A stretch of DNA of 64,000 nt from Planctomycetota bacterium (GCA_040264055.1 JBDQJC010000001.1:11845-75844), one strand, 5' to 3'. Shown: positions 18,643-28,981, numbered from the stretch's first letter. Made by a program: numbers and translations. The notes: generated by a model not told the origin, from the letters alone.

Positions 18643-19983
18643 TTGTTCGCCATCCTCACGCTCAGCCTGCTCTCGATGCAGGATCCACAGGCCGAAAAGC
18701 CCAATATCTTGCTGATCCTGGCCGACGATCAAGGCAGCGTCGATGTTGGTGCATGGGGCACGACCGATCTTCAAACGCCTGCTCTCGATCGGCTCGCCGC
18801 CCGGGGCACGCGGTTTACCCAGTTCTATGCGGCGGCCCCGGTTTGCTCACCGTCACGGGCGGCTTTTCTGAGTGGCCTGACCCCGCAGAACGCGGGCCTG
18901 ATGGGGAATGTCGACCCAAACAACCCGGAAAGCGGGCTGCCGCCTGAGACGGTGACGATTGCTGAGCATTTTCATGCGCATGGTTATGCGACCGCGCAGA
19001 TCGGAAAGTGGCACCTAGGGCATAGCAGCGATCGTCAGCCGACCGGGCAGGGCTTCGACTTCGGCTTCGGACACCTGGGCGGTTGTATCGACAACTACTC
19101 CCACTTCTTCTACTGGAACGGCCCGAACCGGCACGATTTGGTGCGCAATGGGGTCGAGGAATACCACCCAGGCGACTTCTTCCCCGATCTCTGCCTGGAC
19201 GAGGCCATGGATTGGATTCGCGGCCGCGATGAGCAGCCCTGGTTGATGTACTTCGCGCTGAATCTTCCGCACTACCCATACCAGGGCGACCCGAAGTGGT
19301 TGGACCGGTATTCCGGTATGGCGATGCCGCGTCGCGAATACGCCGCCTTCGTGTCGACCATGGACGAGCGCATCGGTGCGCTGCTGGCCTTCTTGGAAGA
19401 GGAAGGCATCCGCGACGAAACCTTGGTGGTCTTCCAATCCGACCACGGGCACTCGACCGAACAACGCGCCTACTACGGCGGCGGCAGCGCCGGCCCGCAC
19501 CGTGGCGCCAAGTTCAGCTTGCTCGAAGGCGGGATCCGGGTGCCAGCGATTCTGTCCGGCCCGGGAGTCGCTGAAGGCGAAGTGCGCGATCAGTTGGCGA
19601 CTGCCTGCGATTGGTTCCCGACTCTGTGCACCTTGGCCGGCATTCCGCAGCCCCAACACAAGCTCGACGGCCAAGATCTCGCCGAGGTGCTCGCCAGCGC
19701 CGAGGAATCGACTCCGCACAAACACTTCTTCTGGAAGAACGGCGGGCAGTGGGCCTTGCGGTCCGGCAAGTGGAAGCTGATCTGGAATGCCAACGACACC
19801 AGCGACGGCCGCAACTGGCAACGCGAACCCGGCCTCCGTCTTTATGACCTCGAAGCCGACCCCGGCGAGCGCACCGACCTCGCCGCGGACAACCGCAGAG
19901 AAGTGAATCGCCTGCGCAAGCTCGCGCAAAAGTGGGATGCCGAGATCCCCTTCGAACTTGCCCCTGTGGAGAAGTCCGACTAA
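18643..19983 (+). CDS. Cys-type sulfatase (arylsulfatase family)
   Basis: Signal peptide. ILLILADDQG and the sulfatase signature PVCSPSRAAFLSGL (C-x-P-x-R), QIGKWHLG, FQSDHG. Confidence 0.92.
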   Translation: MFAILTLSLLSMQDPQAEKPNILLILADDQGSVDVGAWGTTDLQTPALDRLAARGTRFTQFYAAAPVCSPSRAAFLSGLTPQNAGLMGNVDPNNPESGLPPETVTIAEHFHAHGYATAQIGKWHLGHSSDRQPTGQGFDFGFGHLGGCIDNYSHFFYWNGPNRHDLVRNGVEEYHPGDFFPDLCLDEAMDWIRGRDEQPWLMYFALNLPHYPYQGDPKWLDRYSGMAMPRREYAAFVSTMDERIGALLAFLEEEGIRDETLVVFQSDHGHSTEQRAYYGGGSAGPHRGAKFSLLEGGIRVPAILSGPGVAEGEVRDQLATACDWFPTLCTLAGIPQPQHKLDGQDLAEVLASAEESTPHKHFFWKNGGQWALRSGKWKLIWNANDTSDGRNWQREPGLRLYDLEADPGERTDLAADNRREVNRLRKLAQKWDAEIPFELAPVEKSD

Positions 19984-20002
19984 ACCCGGGCTTGGTTCCC
20001 GC

Positions 20003-21784
20003 CTACCTGACCGCCGGCATCAAGGTCAAGTGTTCTGGCATCCACGGCTCGCCGTTCAGACTGAGGCGAAGCTCAAGAGCATGCTGGCCGGCGCGGAAGA
20101 CGAAGGCTTCGTCAACTTGGATGTCGAGGCGTTGCTCGGCATCGGCGTGGGTACCATCGAGCGCACAAACGAGTTCCTCATCAAGGAGGATTTCGACGCG
20201 ATAGGGGCCGGACTTCTTGGGTGCGTTGCGAGTCGTCAGGCGGAACCCGAGAGCCTGATCCTTTGTTGATTCCATGTGCCACGCACCACTGGCGCCATAG
20301 CCGCCGCCCGACTTGATGCGCCAGTCATTGCGGTTGAGTTCTTGCATCGGCTCAGCCTCAAAGTCGATGACGATGGCGGGTGGCTGGCCAACCCCTTCGT
20401 AGTCACTGGCCTCTTCGAACCACGCAAGGTATTCGGCCAGGTATTCGGCCACGATCTCGGGGTGCTCGGCGGCGATGTCATTTTGCTCGAGCGGATCGTT
20501 CGCCAAATCGTAGAGCGCAAGCGGCGCGGGGTTGTCTGGGAACTCTTCGCGGCCGAATCCCGAGTTGCGCAGTAGTTTGTAGCGCTGCCCGATCGTTGCG
20601 AAGTGGTGCGTGGCAATGCGTTGATCGCCGCGGTGCGCCTGGATGTGCAACTTGCGCTCGGGCCAATCTGTTGCGGTGTTTGTCAGCAAGGGCCAAATGC
20701 TCTTGCCGTCCAACTCGACCTGTGCCTTCGGGCGCACACCGGTTGCTTCGACGATGGTCGGCCAAACATCCATATGCGCAGCGATCTGATCGTGCACCAA
20801 GGCCGGTACCCTGCCCGGCCAACGAACGAAGAAGGGCGAGCGAATGCCTCCTTCCCATACATTCGACTTCATGCCGCGCATCTCACCGACATAACGAATG
20901 CTGTAAGGCCCATTGTCGTGCAGGTAAATCACGATGGTGTTGTCGGCGACACCCATTTCATCCAGCGCGTCGAGCATGCGTCCGACGTTTTGATCGATGT
21001 TGTCGATCATCGCGTAGCCACGGGCGACGCGGTCGGCCTGCTCGGGGTCAGGCACGACTTCCGATAGGTCCTTCGCTTTGTACTTCTGATAGAGATCTTC
21101 GGGGATGTCATGCCAAGGTCCGTGCGGCGTATTGGTTGCGAGGTAGCTAAAGAAGGGCCGACCTTCCTCAACCGCTTTGCGCATGAAGCCGATCGCGTGA
21201 TCGGTGTAGACGTCCATGCAGAAGCCTTCGGTCTGCACCTCCACGCCATTGTGAAACAGGATCGCGTCGGTGTAGCGCCGATCGTTGTCCAGCGCGTCGG
21301 CCGGTTGCGCCAAACCGCCGCCGCGGTGATGCAGCGCATCCTCAAATCCTTGGTCGATCGGCCGTAGCGGATAGTTGTCGCCTAAGTGCCACTTGCCCGA
21401 GAGCGCAGTGGCATACCCGGCATCGCGCAGAACCTCGGCGATCGTCAGCTCGTTGGTGTTCATCATCGCGCGCCCGCGGTAGGTGTCGATCGCCTGAGTG
21501 CGCAAGCTGTTGCGCCCGGTCATCAAGGCCGCGCGCGTCGGCGTGCAGACCGGGCTGACGTAGAAGCGATGCATGCTGCCGCTTTCCGAGGCCAGCTGGT
21601 CAATGCGCGGCGTCTCGATCACGCTGTTCCCCGTCCAACCCAAGTCGCCATAACCGGCGTCATCGGTCATGATTAAGAGGACATTGGGCCGCTCTAGCGA
21701 ATCTTGCCCATCCTTCGCCGCTTGGCATGCGGGAAGGTTTAGGATGACGGCGGCGAAGAAGCTGGTCTTGGAGGCGCTCGGCAC
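20003..21784 (-). CDS. Cys-type sulfatase (arylsulfatase family) with C-terminal extra domain
   Basis: VLLIMTDDAGYGDLG, PVCTPTRAALMTGR, SGKWHLGD, YLHDNGP. An additional ~130 aa C-terminal domain is present. Confidence 0.92.
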   Translation of the reverse strand: MPSASKTSFFAAVILNLPACQAAKDGQDSLERPNVLLIMTDDAGYGDLGWTGNSVIETPRIDQLASESGSMHRFYVSPVCTPTRAALMTGRNSLRTQAIDTYRGRAMMNTNELTIAEVLRDAGYATALSGKWHLGDNYPLRPIDQGFEDALHHRGGGLAQPADALDNDRRYTDAILFHNGVEVQTEGFCMDVYTDHAIGFMRKAVEEGRPFFSYLATNTPHGPWHDIPEDLYQKYKAKDLSEVVPDPEQADRVARGYAMIDNIDQNVGRMLDALDEMGVADNTIVIYLHDNGPYSIRYVGEMRGMKSNVWEGGIRSPFFVRWPGRVPALVHDQIAAHMDVWPTIVEATGVRPKAQVELDGKSIWPLLTNTATDWPERKLHIQAHRGDQRIATHHFATIGQRYKLLRNSGFGREEFPDNPAPLALYDLANDPLEQNDIAAEHPEIVAEYLAEYLAWFEEASDYEGVGQPPAIVIDFEAEPMQELNRNDWRIKSGGGYGASGAWHMESTKDQALGFRLTTRNAPKKSGPYRVEILLDEELVCALDGTHADAEQRLDIQVDEAFVFRAGQHALELRLSLNGEPWMPEHLTLMPAVR

Positions 21785-21793
21785 CCGGCGATT

Positions 21794-22573
21794 CTAGAAG
21801 CTGCCCAGGCCGATCTTGCCGAGTTGCGCGAGGGTCGTGGTTGCGCCAAGCAGCAGGCGGAAGTCTTCCGCATCGCCACCAAGCCCGAAGAGCAATCCTG
21901 CCTCCAGGGCAAGGTGCTCATGAGCTTGCCAGGACAGTCCTGCACCGAAATAGCTGCCCGAGAGATCGGCGGGTGCCCCCAGCACGCCAATGCCTTCGAC
22001 GTAAGTGCCTAGCTCTGGCTGCAACAAGCGGGCCCACTGCACGGCCGCAATATGCTCGGCCAACGTGGAGTCGCCGCCGGTCGCTTCGGCAAGCAGGAGT
22101 TCGTAATAACCAGTCCAAGTGTGCGCGCCATAAGACTGCGCAAGCGCGGTCGCGGCGTACAAATCGGAGGCGCCTTCACCGCGCGTATGCCCAGCTTCGC
22201 CAGCGGCAAGATGAGTACCCAGCTCGATGCTCCACGCGGGCGTCGAGCCATGCGCTTCGACTAATTGGTTCTTCAGCGCAAAGGACACATCGCCAGTGCG
22301 CCGTGCGTCGGGGCCTGGACGCCGAATCACCGCATACGGAGACCAGGCAATGGAGAGCTCGTTGTGATGTGGAAGTCCAAGGACCAAACCGACACCTGTC
22401 GCAATCGTGTCGCCTGGATCCTGGTCGTAATCAAACTCAAACTCCAAGTCGCCTGCCGCGGCCACACTTGGGCCACCGCCGGTTTGGGCGAAGTGAGCGC
22501 TGCCAATCGGAGAGCCGTCACCTTGGGCGAAGGCGCAGCTGCCCAAGGCAAGAAGAATGAAGGTCGATCGCAT
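21794..22573 (-). CDS. Putative outer-membrane beta-barrel protein (paralog of 25422-26234)
   Basis: ATG 22573 shares 1 nt with the upstream TAA. Signal peptide MRSTFILLALGSCAFAQ. Alternating amphipathic strands and a C-terminal ...GLGSF (terminal Phe). Clear paralogy to the 25422-26234 product (GDV..., SD(L/F)(Y/F)..., AEH..., D(F/Y)(R/Q)LLLG). Confidence 0.6.
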   Translation of the reverse strand: MRSTFILLALGSCAFAQGDGSPIGSAHFAQTGGGPSVAAAGDLEFEFDYDQDPGDTIATGVGLVLGLPHHNELSIAWSPYAVIRRPGPDARRTGDVSFALKNQLVEAHGSTPAWSIELGTHLAAGEAGHTRGEGASDLYAATALAQSYGAHTWTGYYELLLAEATGGDSTLAEHIAAVQWARLLQPELGTYVEGIGVLGAPADLSGSYFGAGLSWQAHEHLALEAGLLFGLGGDAEDFRLLLGATTTLAQLGKIGLGSF

Positions 22574-25425
22574 TAAGGCATGCGGAAGGTGTACCAAGTC
22601 ATGCCGCCGGCAGGAACTTCAACTTTCAGGTCAAGAGAGTAGTCGCGGTCAAGGCGATCGAGCATGCGCGGACCGACCTTGATCGCGTTGCCCACCGCCG
22701 ATTCGATCAAGACTTGATCGCGAATGCCGGTCAAGTAAAGCGGGACTTGAATCGAACGAGTCACAGCAACATGCAAGGGGTTGTAGACCACCAACATGCC
22801 GGGGGTGTCCAGCTTCGGATTGACGTGCAACATCCAGTCGATGTCGCGGCCATCTGCACGACGGCCATGCAGCACATCACTTTCCAAGATGTCGCGGAAG
22901 TGTTTGAACCAATCGACCCAAGCGATTACTGCGTCGCGCACACGCGGGGTGTCGTAGAGCCGGTGACCGCGATACACGGCTTGCACACCCAAGCCCAAGT
23001 TGGAAGCCAGCATGCGTTGGTAATGATCGAGGTGTGTATCGAGCGGTTCGATTGTCGCCGCGGCGCCACCTCCGTGATACTGCGTCAACGGAACGAACAT
23101 CCAGCCCATCGAAGGCGTCTTGCCCCAGGTGCCATCAAAGATGTTCTGCCGCGTATGAATGACCTGCTGGGCGCGCGGCAGCGACCAGTTGACTTCGCGA
23201 TAGCCCATGCCACATTCATTGGCGCCCTGAAGGTAGTAGAAATCGGGCACGCGCAAATACGCGCCGCGTGCGCGCAGCCAACGGTAGTACTCAGTGATGA
23301 TGTTCCACTGCACCCACTGCGAATCTTCGTAACCGCGTTGCAGTGGCGGGCGTGCCGCGGCATCCCAGTCGCCCGGGTAACTGCCATCGTGCGTGAACTG
23401 CAGGAAGCCAGTATTCTCGAAGAAGGCGTAGAGTTTGCGGAAGTAGGCTTGGCCCCAGTCACTTGCAAGCGCCGGCGCGTATCCAAAACGCTGGCCACCG
23501 GGTTTGCCGGTTTCGACGTTGATGGCGTTATCGCCCTCGGGCTGAATGCGTCGGCTGGCGAGCAGCGAATAACCACCGATGTGAATGCCCTTGCTGACGG
23601 CGTAGTTGGCGAGCGCTTTGAACTTGGCATGATTCTCGGGCGAATCATCTTCCATGTTCAGCCCGCTGCCGAAGGACAAGCTGATCATTTCAAAACCACA
23701 CTCGGCGGCTTGATCAATCGCTTGCTTGACGACGGTGTCACTGGTGCTGACCACGTGCAAGATCAGCGGGTTCTCGGTGACCCAGGGCGCCAAGGTGCGA
23801 TACATGCGACGCTTCGCTAGTCCGCGGCGTTCACGGTCGCTCGAGTCGTAAGCCAGCTCAAAGGTCCACCAACTTTGCAGTTCGTCGCCCGGCTTTAGAA
23901 TGACATCCGGGCCATGCAAAGGCGCGATCTCAAGCAGGCACGGCGTCTGCTTCAAGTAATTGACCTGGGTGTGGAACTCCGGGTCCGGTCGCCAGTGCAC
24001 GATTTGCGTTTGCGCGTTCTCAGGCACAAAGCCGCCGAAGGCGTAGTCAGTTTCGACATGGAAATGATCCGGCTTCGGAATGACGGCATTGTCACGGCGT
24101 TCCACCCAGTTACTCGTTTCGACGACTGCGAGCACTTCGCTGGTCAGGTGGTCGAGTTCGAAGGCAGTCTTCCCCGCGTTGCTGACCGTGACGCGCTTGC
24201 CGATCAGCGGAATACCGTCGTACATCTCGTAGTAGACCGAAACGCGCAAGCCCGCACTCGGGTCGGCGCTCTCGGCCGCTTCGATCGCACCGCCGAGCAA
24301 GGGAGTGCGCACGCTCACGGACTCGATCATGCAGCGTCCTTCCGGCCCCGGATCGCCGAAGGCTTGCGCGCCGCCATCTTTCGACATCTTGCCGAATCGC
24401 AGCGCAGTGGGCGTGGATTGCACAGGCGGCAATTCAAAGATGATTTGCCACGCCTTGCCCGCGTCGTCTTGACCAGAAGGAAGGACCGCGAAGCGCGTCG
24501 CATCTTGATCCAGGTAAACGCGCATCCGCCAGGGCCGGTCCATCGCGAAGCCGCCGTCCTGCAAGTGCTCGGTCGTGCCATCCCAAACGCCAAAGCCCTG
24601 CTTGCCGGGCCGGAGGTTGAACTTCAGCACGTGACCATCCAAAACCACGCCGATGCCCGGACCCCAACTTGCACTGGCATCGGTGCCAGGCTGAATCATG
24701 GCTTCGATCATTCCGGTGTTTTCCGGACACGCGGTTTCGATCCATGCGGTTGCATTCGCGGGGCCGAGGATCTCGCCAACCTTTCCTTCGTTTTGCACCG
24801 CGGCCGCGCTCTGCGCGCCACTGGTGACGACCGACCACTTTTCATCCAAGGCATCAAGCGAATCGGAAAATAGCAGCCCACGACCATAGTCGGTGTGTTG
24901 CAGCAACTCGCGCATTGCGCCCGGGCCGGGTTCAAAATCAAGCCGCAGCGAAACGCCTTTCGGCGGCCACTCGGTATCCGGCGCATGATGACGATTGGGA
25001 TTCCATTCCAAGCGCTCGACTGGCTCGCCGACTTCGTAGCCGATGTACTGCATCGCCGCGGGGTCGGAAGTCATGGCATGGATCCACTCCTCGGTCAAAT
25101 AGGCGTGGTTCGGTTGGCCGACCAAACCGCCGACCGCGACATCCTGGCCGTTGATCACGAGCTTGGCTTCCGGGCGCACTGCGCGCAGCATCGAAGCGCC
25201 CGTCATTAAGTTGTCGAAACCGATGCAAGCGGCATTCGGCTGAATCGCCCAAGTGCGCTGCAACAAACCGTTCTCCAGAATCAGGCGATCCTGGCCGTTG
25301 ACACGCTCGGTGCGCAGCTCGGCTTCGTAACTGCGTTCGCTCAACATCCAATCTGCACGTGCGGCTTGCTGCTGCGCGGCCGAGGTCTGCTGAGCGATTG
25401 CGATCGCGATCGCGGCGCACATCAT
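22573..25425 (-). CDS. Large (950 aa) exported protein, possible glycoside-hydrolase-like TIM-barrel enzyme; function unassigned
   Basis: The long ORF is translationally coupled to both flanking beta-barrel genes. The C-terminal half (CGFEMISLSFGSGLNMEDD...KGIHIGGYSL...FTHDGSYPGDWD) resembles alpha-galactosidase-type TIM barrels, but I see no diagnostic family motif. Confidence 0.55.
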   Translation of the reverse strand: MMCAAIAIAIAQQTSAAQQQAARADWMLSERSYEAELRTERVNGQDRLILENGLLQRTWAIQPNAACIGFDNLMTGASMLRAVRPEAKLVINGQDVAVGGLVGQPNHAYLTEEWIHAMTSDPAAMQYIGYEVGEPVERLEWNPNRHHAPDTEWPPKGVSLRLDFEPGPGAMRELLQHTDYGRGLLFSDSLDALDEKWSVVTSGAQSAAAVQNEGKVGEILGPANATAWIETACPENTGMIEAMIQPGTDASASWGPGIGVVLDGHVLKFNLRPGKQGFGVWDGTTEHLQDGGFAMDRPWRMRVYLDQDATRFAVLPSGQDDAGKAWQIIFELPPVQSTPTALRFGKMSKDGGAQAFGDPGPEGRCMIESVSVRTPLLGGAIEAAESADPSAGLRVSVYYEMYDGIPLIGKRVTVSNAGKTAFELDHLTSEVLAVVETSNWVERRDNAVIPKPDHFHVETDYAFGGFVPENAQTQIVHWRPDPEFHTQVNYLKQTPCLLEIAPLHGPDVILKPGDELQSWWTFELAYDSSDRERRGLAKRRMYRTLAPWVTENPLILHVVSTSDTVVKQAIDQAAECGFEMISLSFGSGLNMEDDSPENHAKFKALANYAVSKGIHIGGYSLLASRRIQPEGDNAINVETGKPGGQRFGYAPALASDWGQAYFRKLYAFFENTGFLQFTHDGSYPGDWDAAARPPLQRGYEDSQWVQWNIITEYYRWLRARGAYLRVPDFYYLQGANECGMGYREVNWSLPRAQQVIHTRQNIFDGTWGKTPSMGWMFVPLTQYHGGGAAATIEPLDTHLDHYQRMLASNLGLGVQAVYRGHRLYDTPRVRDAVIAWVDWFKHFRDILESDVLHGRRADGRDIDWMLHVNPKLDTPGMLVVYNPLHVAVTRSIQVPLYLTGIRDQVLIESAVGNAIKVGPRMLDRLDRDYSLDLKVEVPAGGMTWYTFRMP

Positions 25426-26234
25426 CGCGGCAACTCCTGTCCGGCGCCAAGTGCAGAGGCGCGGTCCGAAGGCAGAATGCCGCCCAAGTTCCAGGTCAGA
25501 CCCAGCAGAAGTTGATAGTCCGGCGCGTCATCGGTCAATCCAATCATCAGAGCTCCATCAAAAGTCAAGTTGGGCGCCCAAGCCCAGGTCGCTCCCGCGG
25601 TCGCCAAGATCGCGTTGTTATCCAGGTCGGGGCGGAAGATGCCAGCGACTTCGCCAAACAGTCCTACGGTATCGCTTGCCGGGGCGCCGGCCGCGAGCGC
25701 CACCGTGTGCTCCGCGAAAATCGAATCGTCATTGCGTTCTCCGATCAATCCGAGTTGATAGAAACCCGTGACACTCAAGTTGTCGTACTGATTGCCGAGG
25801 ATGCCCGCCAAGAAGAAGTCCGACTCGCCACGATTCCCACTATCGCCCCCGTTGCCGCCCGGAATGCGAGTTGCCAATTGCACGGCCGTTGAAAAATCGC
25901 CGTCTTCGTGAACTCGCATGCGGCTGCCAACCACCACATCGCCCGCACCGCGTGGGTTCGGCCCAGGAACTTCGGTGCTGCGCTGCGGTGAGAAACCAAC
26001 AAACAGCTCGGTGGCCTCCGAGAGCCCCAGCTTCAATGCGCTCGGAGTATCGAAGCTCTCGCCGGCTTCGTAGCTCACTCCGGATTCCAGTTCGATCGTT
26101 CCCACCGCAGTGAGGTTGGTGTCCGAAGACACTGTCGGTCGTTGTGGGGTGGGGGCCGCCGTTTCAAAGGGCGCAGAACAAGCAGTGGCAAAAAGCAGGC
26201 TCGACAGGAGCGCGGCGCGGGGGAGCGAATGCAT
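25422..26234 (-). CDS. Putative outer-membrane beta-barrel protein (paralog of 21794-22573)
   Basis: Lipoprotein/secretory signal MHSLPRAALLSSLLFATACSA. Beta-strand periodicity and paralogy to 21794-22573. The stop overlaps the start of the 950-aa gene by 4 nt. Confidence 0.6.
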   Translation of the reverse strand: MHSLPRAALLSSLLFATACSAPFETAAPTPQRPTVSSDTNLTAVGTIELESGVSYEAGESFDTPSALKLGLSEATELFVGFSPQRSTEVPGPNPRGAGDVVVGSRMRVHEDGDFSTAVQLATRIPGGNGGDSGNRGESDFFLAGILGNQYDNLSVTGFYQLGLIGERNDDSIFAEHTVALAAGAPASDTVGLFGEVAGIFRPDLDNNAILATAGATWAWAPNLTFDGALMIGLTDDAPDYQLLLGLTWNLGGILPSDRASALGAGQELPR

Positions 26235-26303
26235 CGCAACAGGATACGTCTGATTGCTAGAGTGCGGTCAGCACGCTCTATTGTCGAAGCGTTGTATCGA
26301 AAC

Positions 26304-27161
26304 ATGGCACCCAATCCACCTGGTGAGTATCCGCGACGCTGGTATCGCACTCCGCTTGAGTATCGCAAGTGGGACAAAGCCTGGGCCAGTGATCCGCGCA
26401 CCGCGCACCGCCCGCGCATTCTTGCCGAAGGCGATTCGTGGTTTTCCTATCCACGCAAGTTGGCCGTTGCGGGTGGACCGTCGAACATCATGCAGCACTT
26501 GGCAAGCCGGCACCGCCGGCTGATTCTGCTCTTCTCCGAGAGCGGCGACGAGTTGGGCAAGATGATGTCCGTGAACAATCAGAAGCGCTTGCTGAAGGCG
26601 CTTACAGACTTTGAGTTCGACCTGTTCTTATTCAGCGCGGGCGGCAATGATTTTGTCGGCAAAGGCACCTTCAAAAAGTACCTGAAACCGGGGAACTTGA
26701 ACTTTGCCGCGAGCTGGATCAACAAGCCCGCGGCCCAGACCCTGTTCGATGGCTTGCGCGATCAGTTTGCTGCCTTCGTGGTCAAGGCGCTGCGCGCATC
26801 GAAGAACCCCAAGACGCGCATGCTGACCCACACATACGATGTGGTTCACCCGCGCAACAAGGGGGCGAAGTTCCTCGGCATGAAGTTTGGCCCCTGGTTG
26901 TGGCCCGACCTCGAGGAGTTGCAAGTGCCGCACGAGCACCGCCACGCCGTCGCCAACTGGTTCCTAAACGAATGGGCGAAGCGCTTGAAGCAGGTGCGTG
27001 CGGGCCTTCCCGCCCAGTTAAAGCCACGCTTCAAGGTGCTCGATACCCGCGGCACGCTGGCGGGCATCGATGATTGGAAGGACGAAATTCATCCCAACAG
27101 CAAGGGCTTCAAGAAGCTGGCCAAGCGATTCCGCGAGGCTGAACCCAAGTGCCTGGACTAG
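26304..27161 (+). CDS. SGNH/GDSL-type hydrolase
   Basis: Block I ILAEGDSWFSYP (GDS), block III SAGGND, block V DEIHPNSKGFKKLA (DxxH). ATG 26304 is preferred because earlier starts overlap the divergent gene. Confidence 0.75.
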   Translation: MAPNPPGEYPRRWYRTPLEYRKWDKAWASDPRTAHRPRILAEGDSWFSYPRKLAVAGGPSNIMQHLASRHRRLILLFSESGDELGKMMSVNNQKRLLKALTDFEFDLFLFSAGGNDFVGKGTFKKYLKPGNLNFAASWINKPAAQTLFDGLRDQFAAFVVKALRASKNPKTRMLTHTYDVVHPRNKGAKFLGMKFGPWLWPDLEELQVPHEHRHAVANWFLNEWAKRLKQVRAGLPAQLKPRFKVLDTRGTLAGIDDWKDEIHPNSKGFKKLAKRFREAEPKCLD

Positions 27162-27232
27162 TAAAGCGGGTATATGAAACTTCGGGACGAGGTTCAGACT
27201 TGCTTTAGGAACACGGGATAGTTCTTAAGGCG

Positions 27233-28879
27233 ATGAAGTTCCTCGCGTCCCTCTCGTTTCTGGCTGCGGCCGCCGCTGGTGCGGCTCCGTTGGCCGCTCA
27301 GGGTGGCGGCTTGCAGCCCCCGCCCGACCCTCCAGGCAACCCGACCACCGCTGAGAAGGCGATGCTCGGCAAAGCTCTGTTCTGGGACGAGCAGCTGTCG
27401 AGCACGCGCACCGTGGCCTGTGGCACCTGCCACGCCATGCCAGTAGGGGGCAGCGATCCGCGCACGGTCATCGGTGATCCACGCAGCACCCACCCAGGCG
27501 CTGACGGCGTCTTCGGCAACGCGAACGATGTGTTCGGTTCGCCGGGCGTGACCCGCAGTGCAGTCGATGGTTCGTACCTGGCCGACCCGGCCTTCTCCCT
27601 ATCGCCTCAGGTGACGGGCCGGCGCAGCATGCCGGTCATCAATGCCGCATACGCTCGCACCCTTTTCTGGGACGGGCGGGCAAGCGAAGAGTTCCGGGAC
27701 CCAGTGACGAACCAGCTGCTGCTGCAGCGCATGGCAGCACTCGAATCGCAAGCAGTCGGGCCACCCGTGAGTGATGTCGAAATGGCTCATGAGAACCGTG
27801 ATTGGGTGCAGGTCGCAGCGCAGATCGAAGACTCGGCGCCCTTGGCCTTGGCTTCGGGTGTGCCAACCGACCTCGAAAATTGGATCGCGGGACGCGACTA
27901 CCCGGCCTTGTTCAGCGAAGCCTTCGGCACGACCGCAGTCACGCCGGGACGGATTGCCATGGCGATCGCTGCTTACCAGCGCACCTTGTTTAGTAACCAA
28001 GCGCCGATCGACGCCTTCTTAAACGGCAACCAGAACGCGTTGACCCAGCAAGAGCGGCGCGGCTTTAACTTGTTCAATAGCCGACGCCTCGATTGCGCGC
28101 TTTGCCACGGTGGGCCGGTCTTCACCGACAACCAGTTTCACTACACCGGCACGCGCCCGCAGAACCAAGACCTGGGTTTGGGTGGGATCAGCGGCGACCC
28201 TCGCCAAAACGGTCAGATGAAGACTCCGTCCTTGCGCAATGTCGAGTTGCGCGCTCCGTATTTCCACGCCGGCGATGCGCCGGATCTGCGTGCGGTGGTT
28301 GATTTCTACAACCGTGGTGGCGACTTCAACGGCCAGAACAAAGCCGCGGCGATTCGTCCGCTCAACCTGACGCAAGGCGAGCGCAATGACCTGCTTGCCT
28401 TCTTGGGTCGACCACTGACCGATCCGCGGGTCGCCGCGGGGCTCGCGCCCTTCGATGCGCCGACGCTTTATTCGCAATCGGCAAACCGTCCGCTCGCTTA
28501 CGGCGCGCCTACCGCTGGCACCCTCGGCAACCCGGTCTTCATCGCCAACGAGCCGCCGCAACTCGGCAACCCCTCGATGACGATGGGGGTCGATCGCGCG
28601 CAGCCAAATGCACGCGCCTTGTTGATCATTGACCGCGCGGACAACGCCGCCGGTTCAACCGTGCGTGGAGTGCAGTGCTTCCTGGGTCTGAGCGCTGCGC
28701 AAATGCGCACCGTGGTTCAGCTCGACGCAGCCGGCACCGGGTCGGCGAATACCGCGATTCCAAATCGCTCGAGCTTGCACGGACTGACCGTCTTCGCGCA
28801 GTGGTTCATCGAAGATGCTGGCGGTCCCGCCGGGGTTTCTGCGACCGACGCGCGTGCGATCACGCTGTTCATGAACTAG
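27233..28879 (+). CDS. Di-haem cytochrome c peroxidase / MauG family protein with shared C-terminal module
   Basis: Signal peptide. Two haem-binding sites, CGTCHAM and CALCHGGP. Also LFWDEQLS, MKTPSLRNVELRAPYFHAG. About 110 extra C-terminal residues match the tail module of four other secreted proteins. Confidence 0.88.
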   Translation: MKFLASLSFLAAAAAGAAPLAAQGGGLQPPPDPPGNPTTAEKAMLGKALFWDEQLSSTRTVACGTCHAMPVGGSDPRTVIGDPRSTHPGADGVFGNANDVFGSPGVTRSAVDGSYLADPAFSLSPQVTGRRSMPVINAAYARTLFWDGRASEEFRDPVTNQLLLQRMAALESQAVGPPVSDVEMAHENRDWVQVAAQIEDSAPLALASGVPTDLENWIAGRDYPALFSEAFGTTAVTPGRIAMAIAAYQRTLFSNQAPIDAFLNGNQNALTQQERRGFNLFNSRRLDCALCHGGPVFTDNQFHYTGTRPQNQDLGLGGISGDPRQNGQMKTPSLRNVELRAPYFHAGDAPDLRAVVDFYNRGGDFNGQNKAAAIRPLNLTQGERNDLLAFLGRPLTDPRVAAGLAPFDAPTLYSQSANRPLAYGAPTAGTLGNPVFIANEPPQLGNPSMTMGVDRAQPNARALLIIDRADNAAGSTVRGVQCFLGLSAAQMRTVVQLDAAGTGSANTAIPNRSSLHGLTVFAQWFIEDAGGPAGVSATDARAITLFMN

Positions 28880-28914
28880 TCGACCGACCTGGTTGCAGGA
28901 GCGATTCTGCAACA

Positions 28915-28958
28915 ACGCAAAAAGCCAACGCCTCGAATGAAGCGTTGGCTTGTTGCGT
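28915..28958. terminator. Long hairpin between convergent genes (possible terminator, no clear U-tract)
   Basis: 17-nt arms acgcaaaaagccaacgc / gcgttggcttgttgcgt (16/17 paired) with a 10-nt loop. Located between the stop at 28879 (+) and the stop at 28982 (-). Confidence 0.4.
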
Positions 28959-28981
28959 GCCTGATGCAGCCGTGGCTTTGC

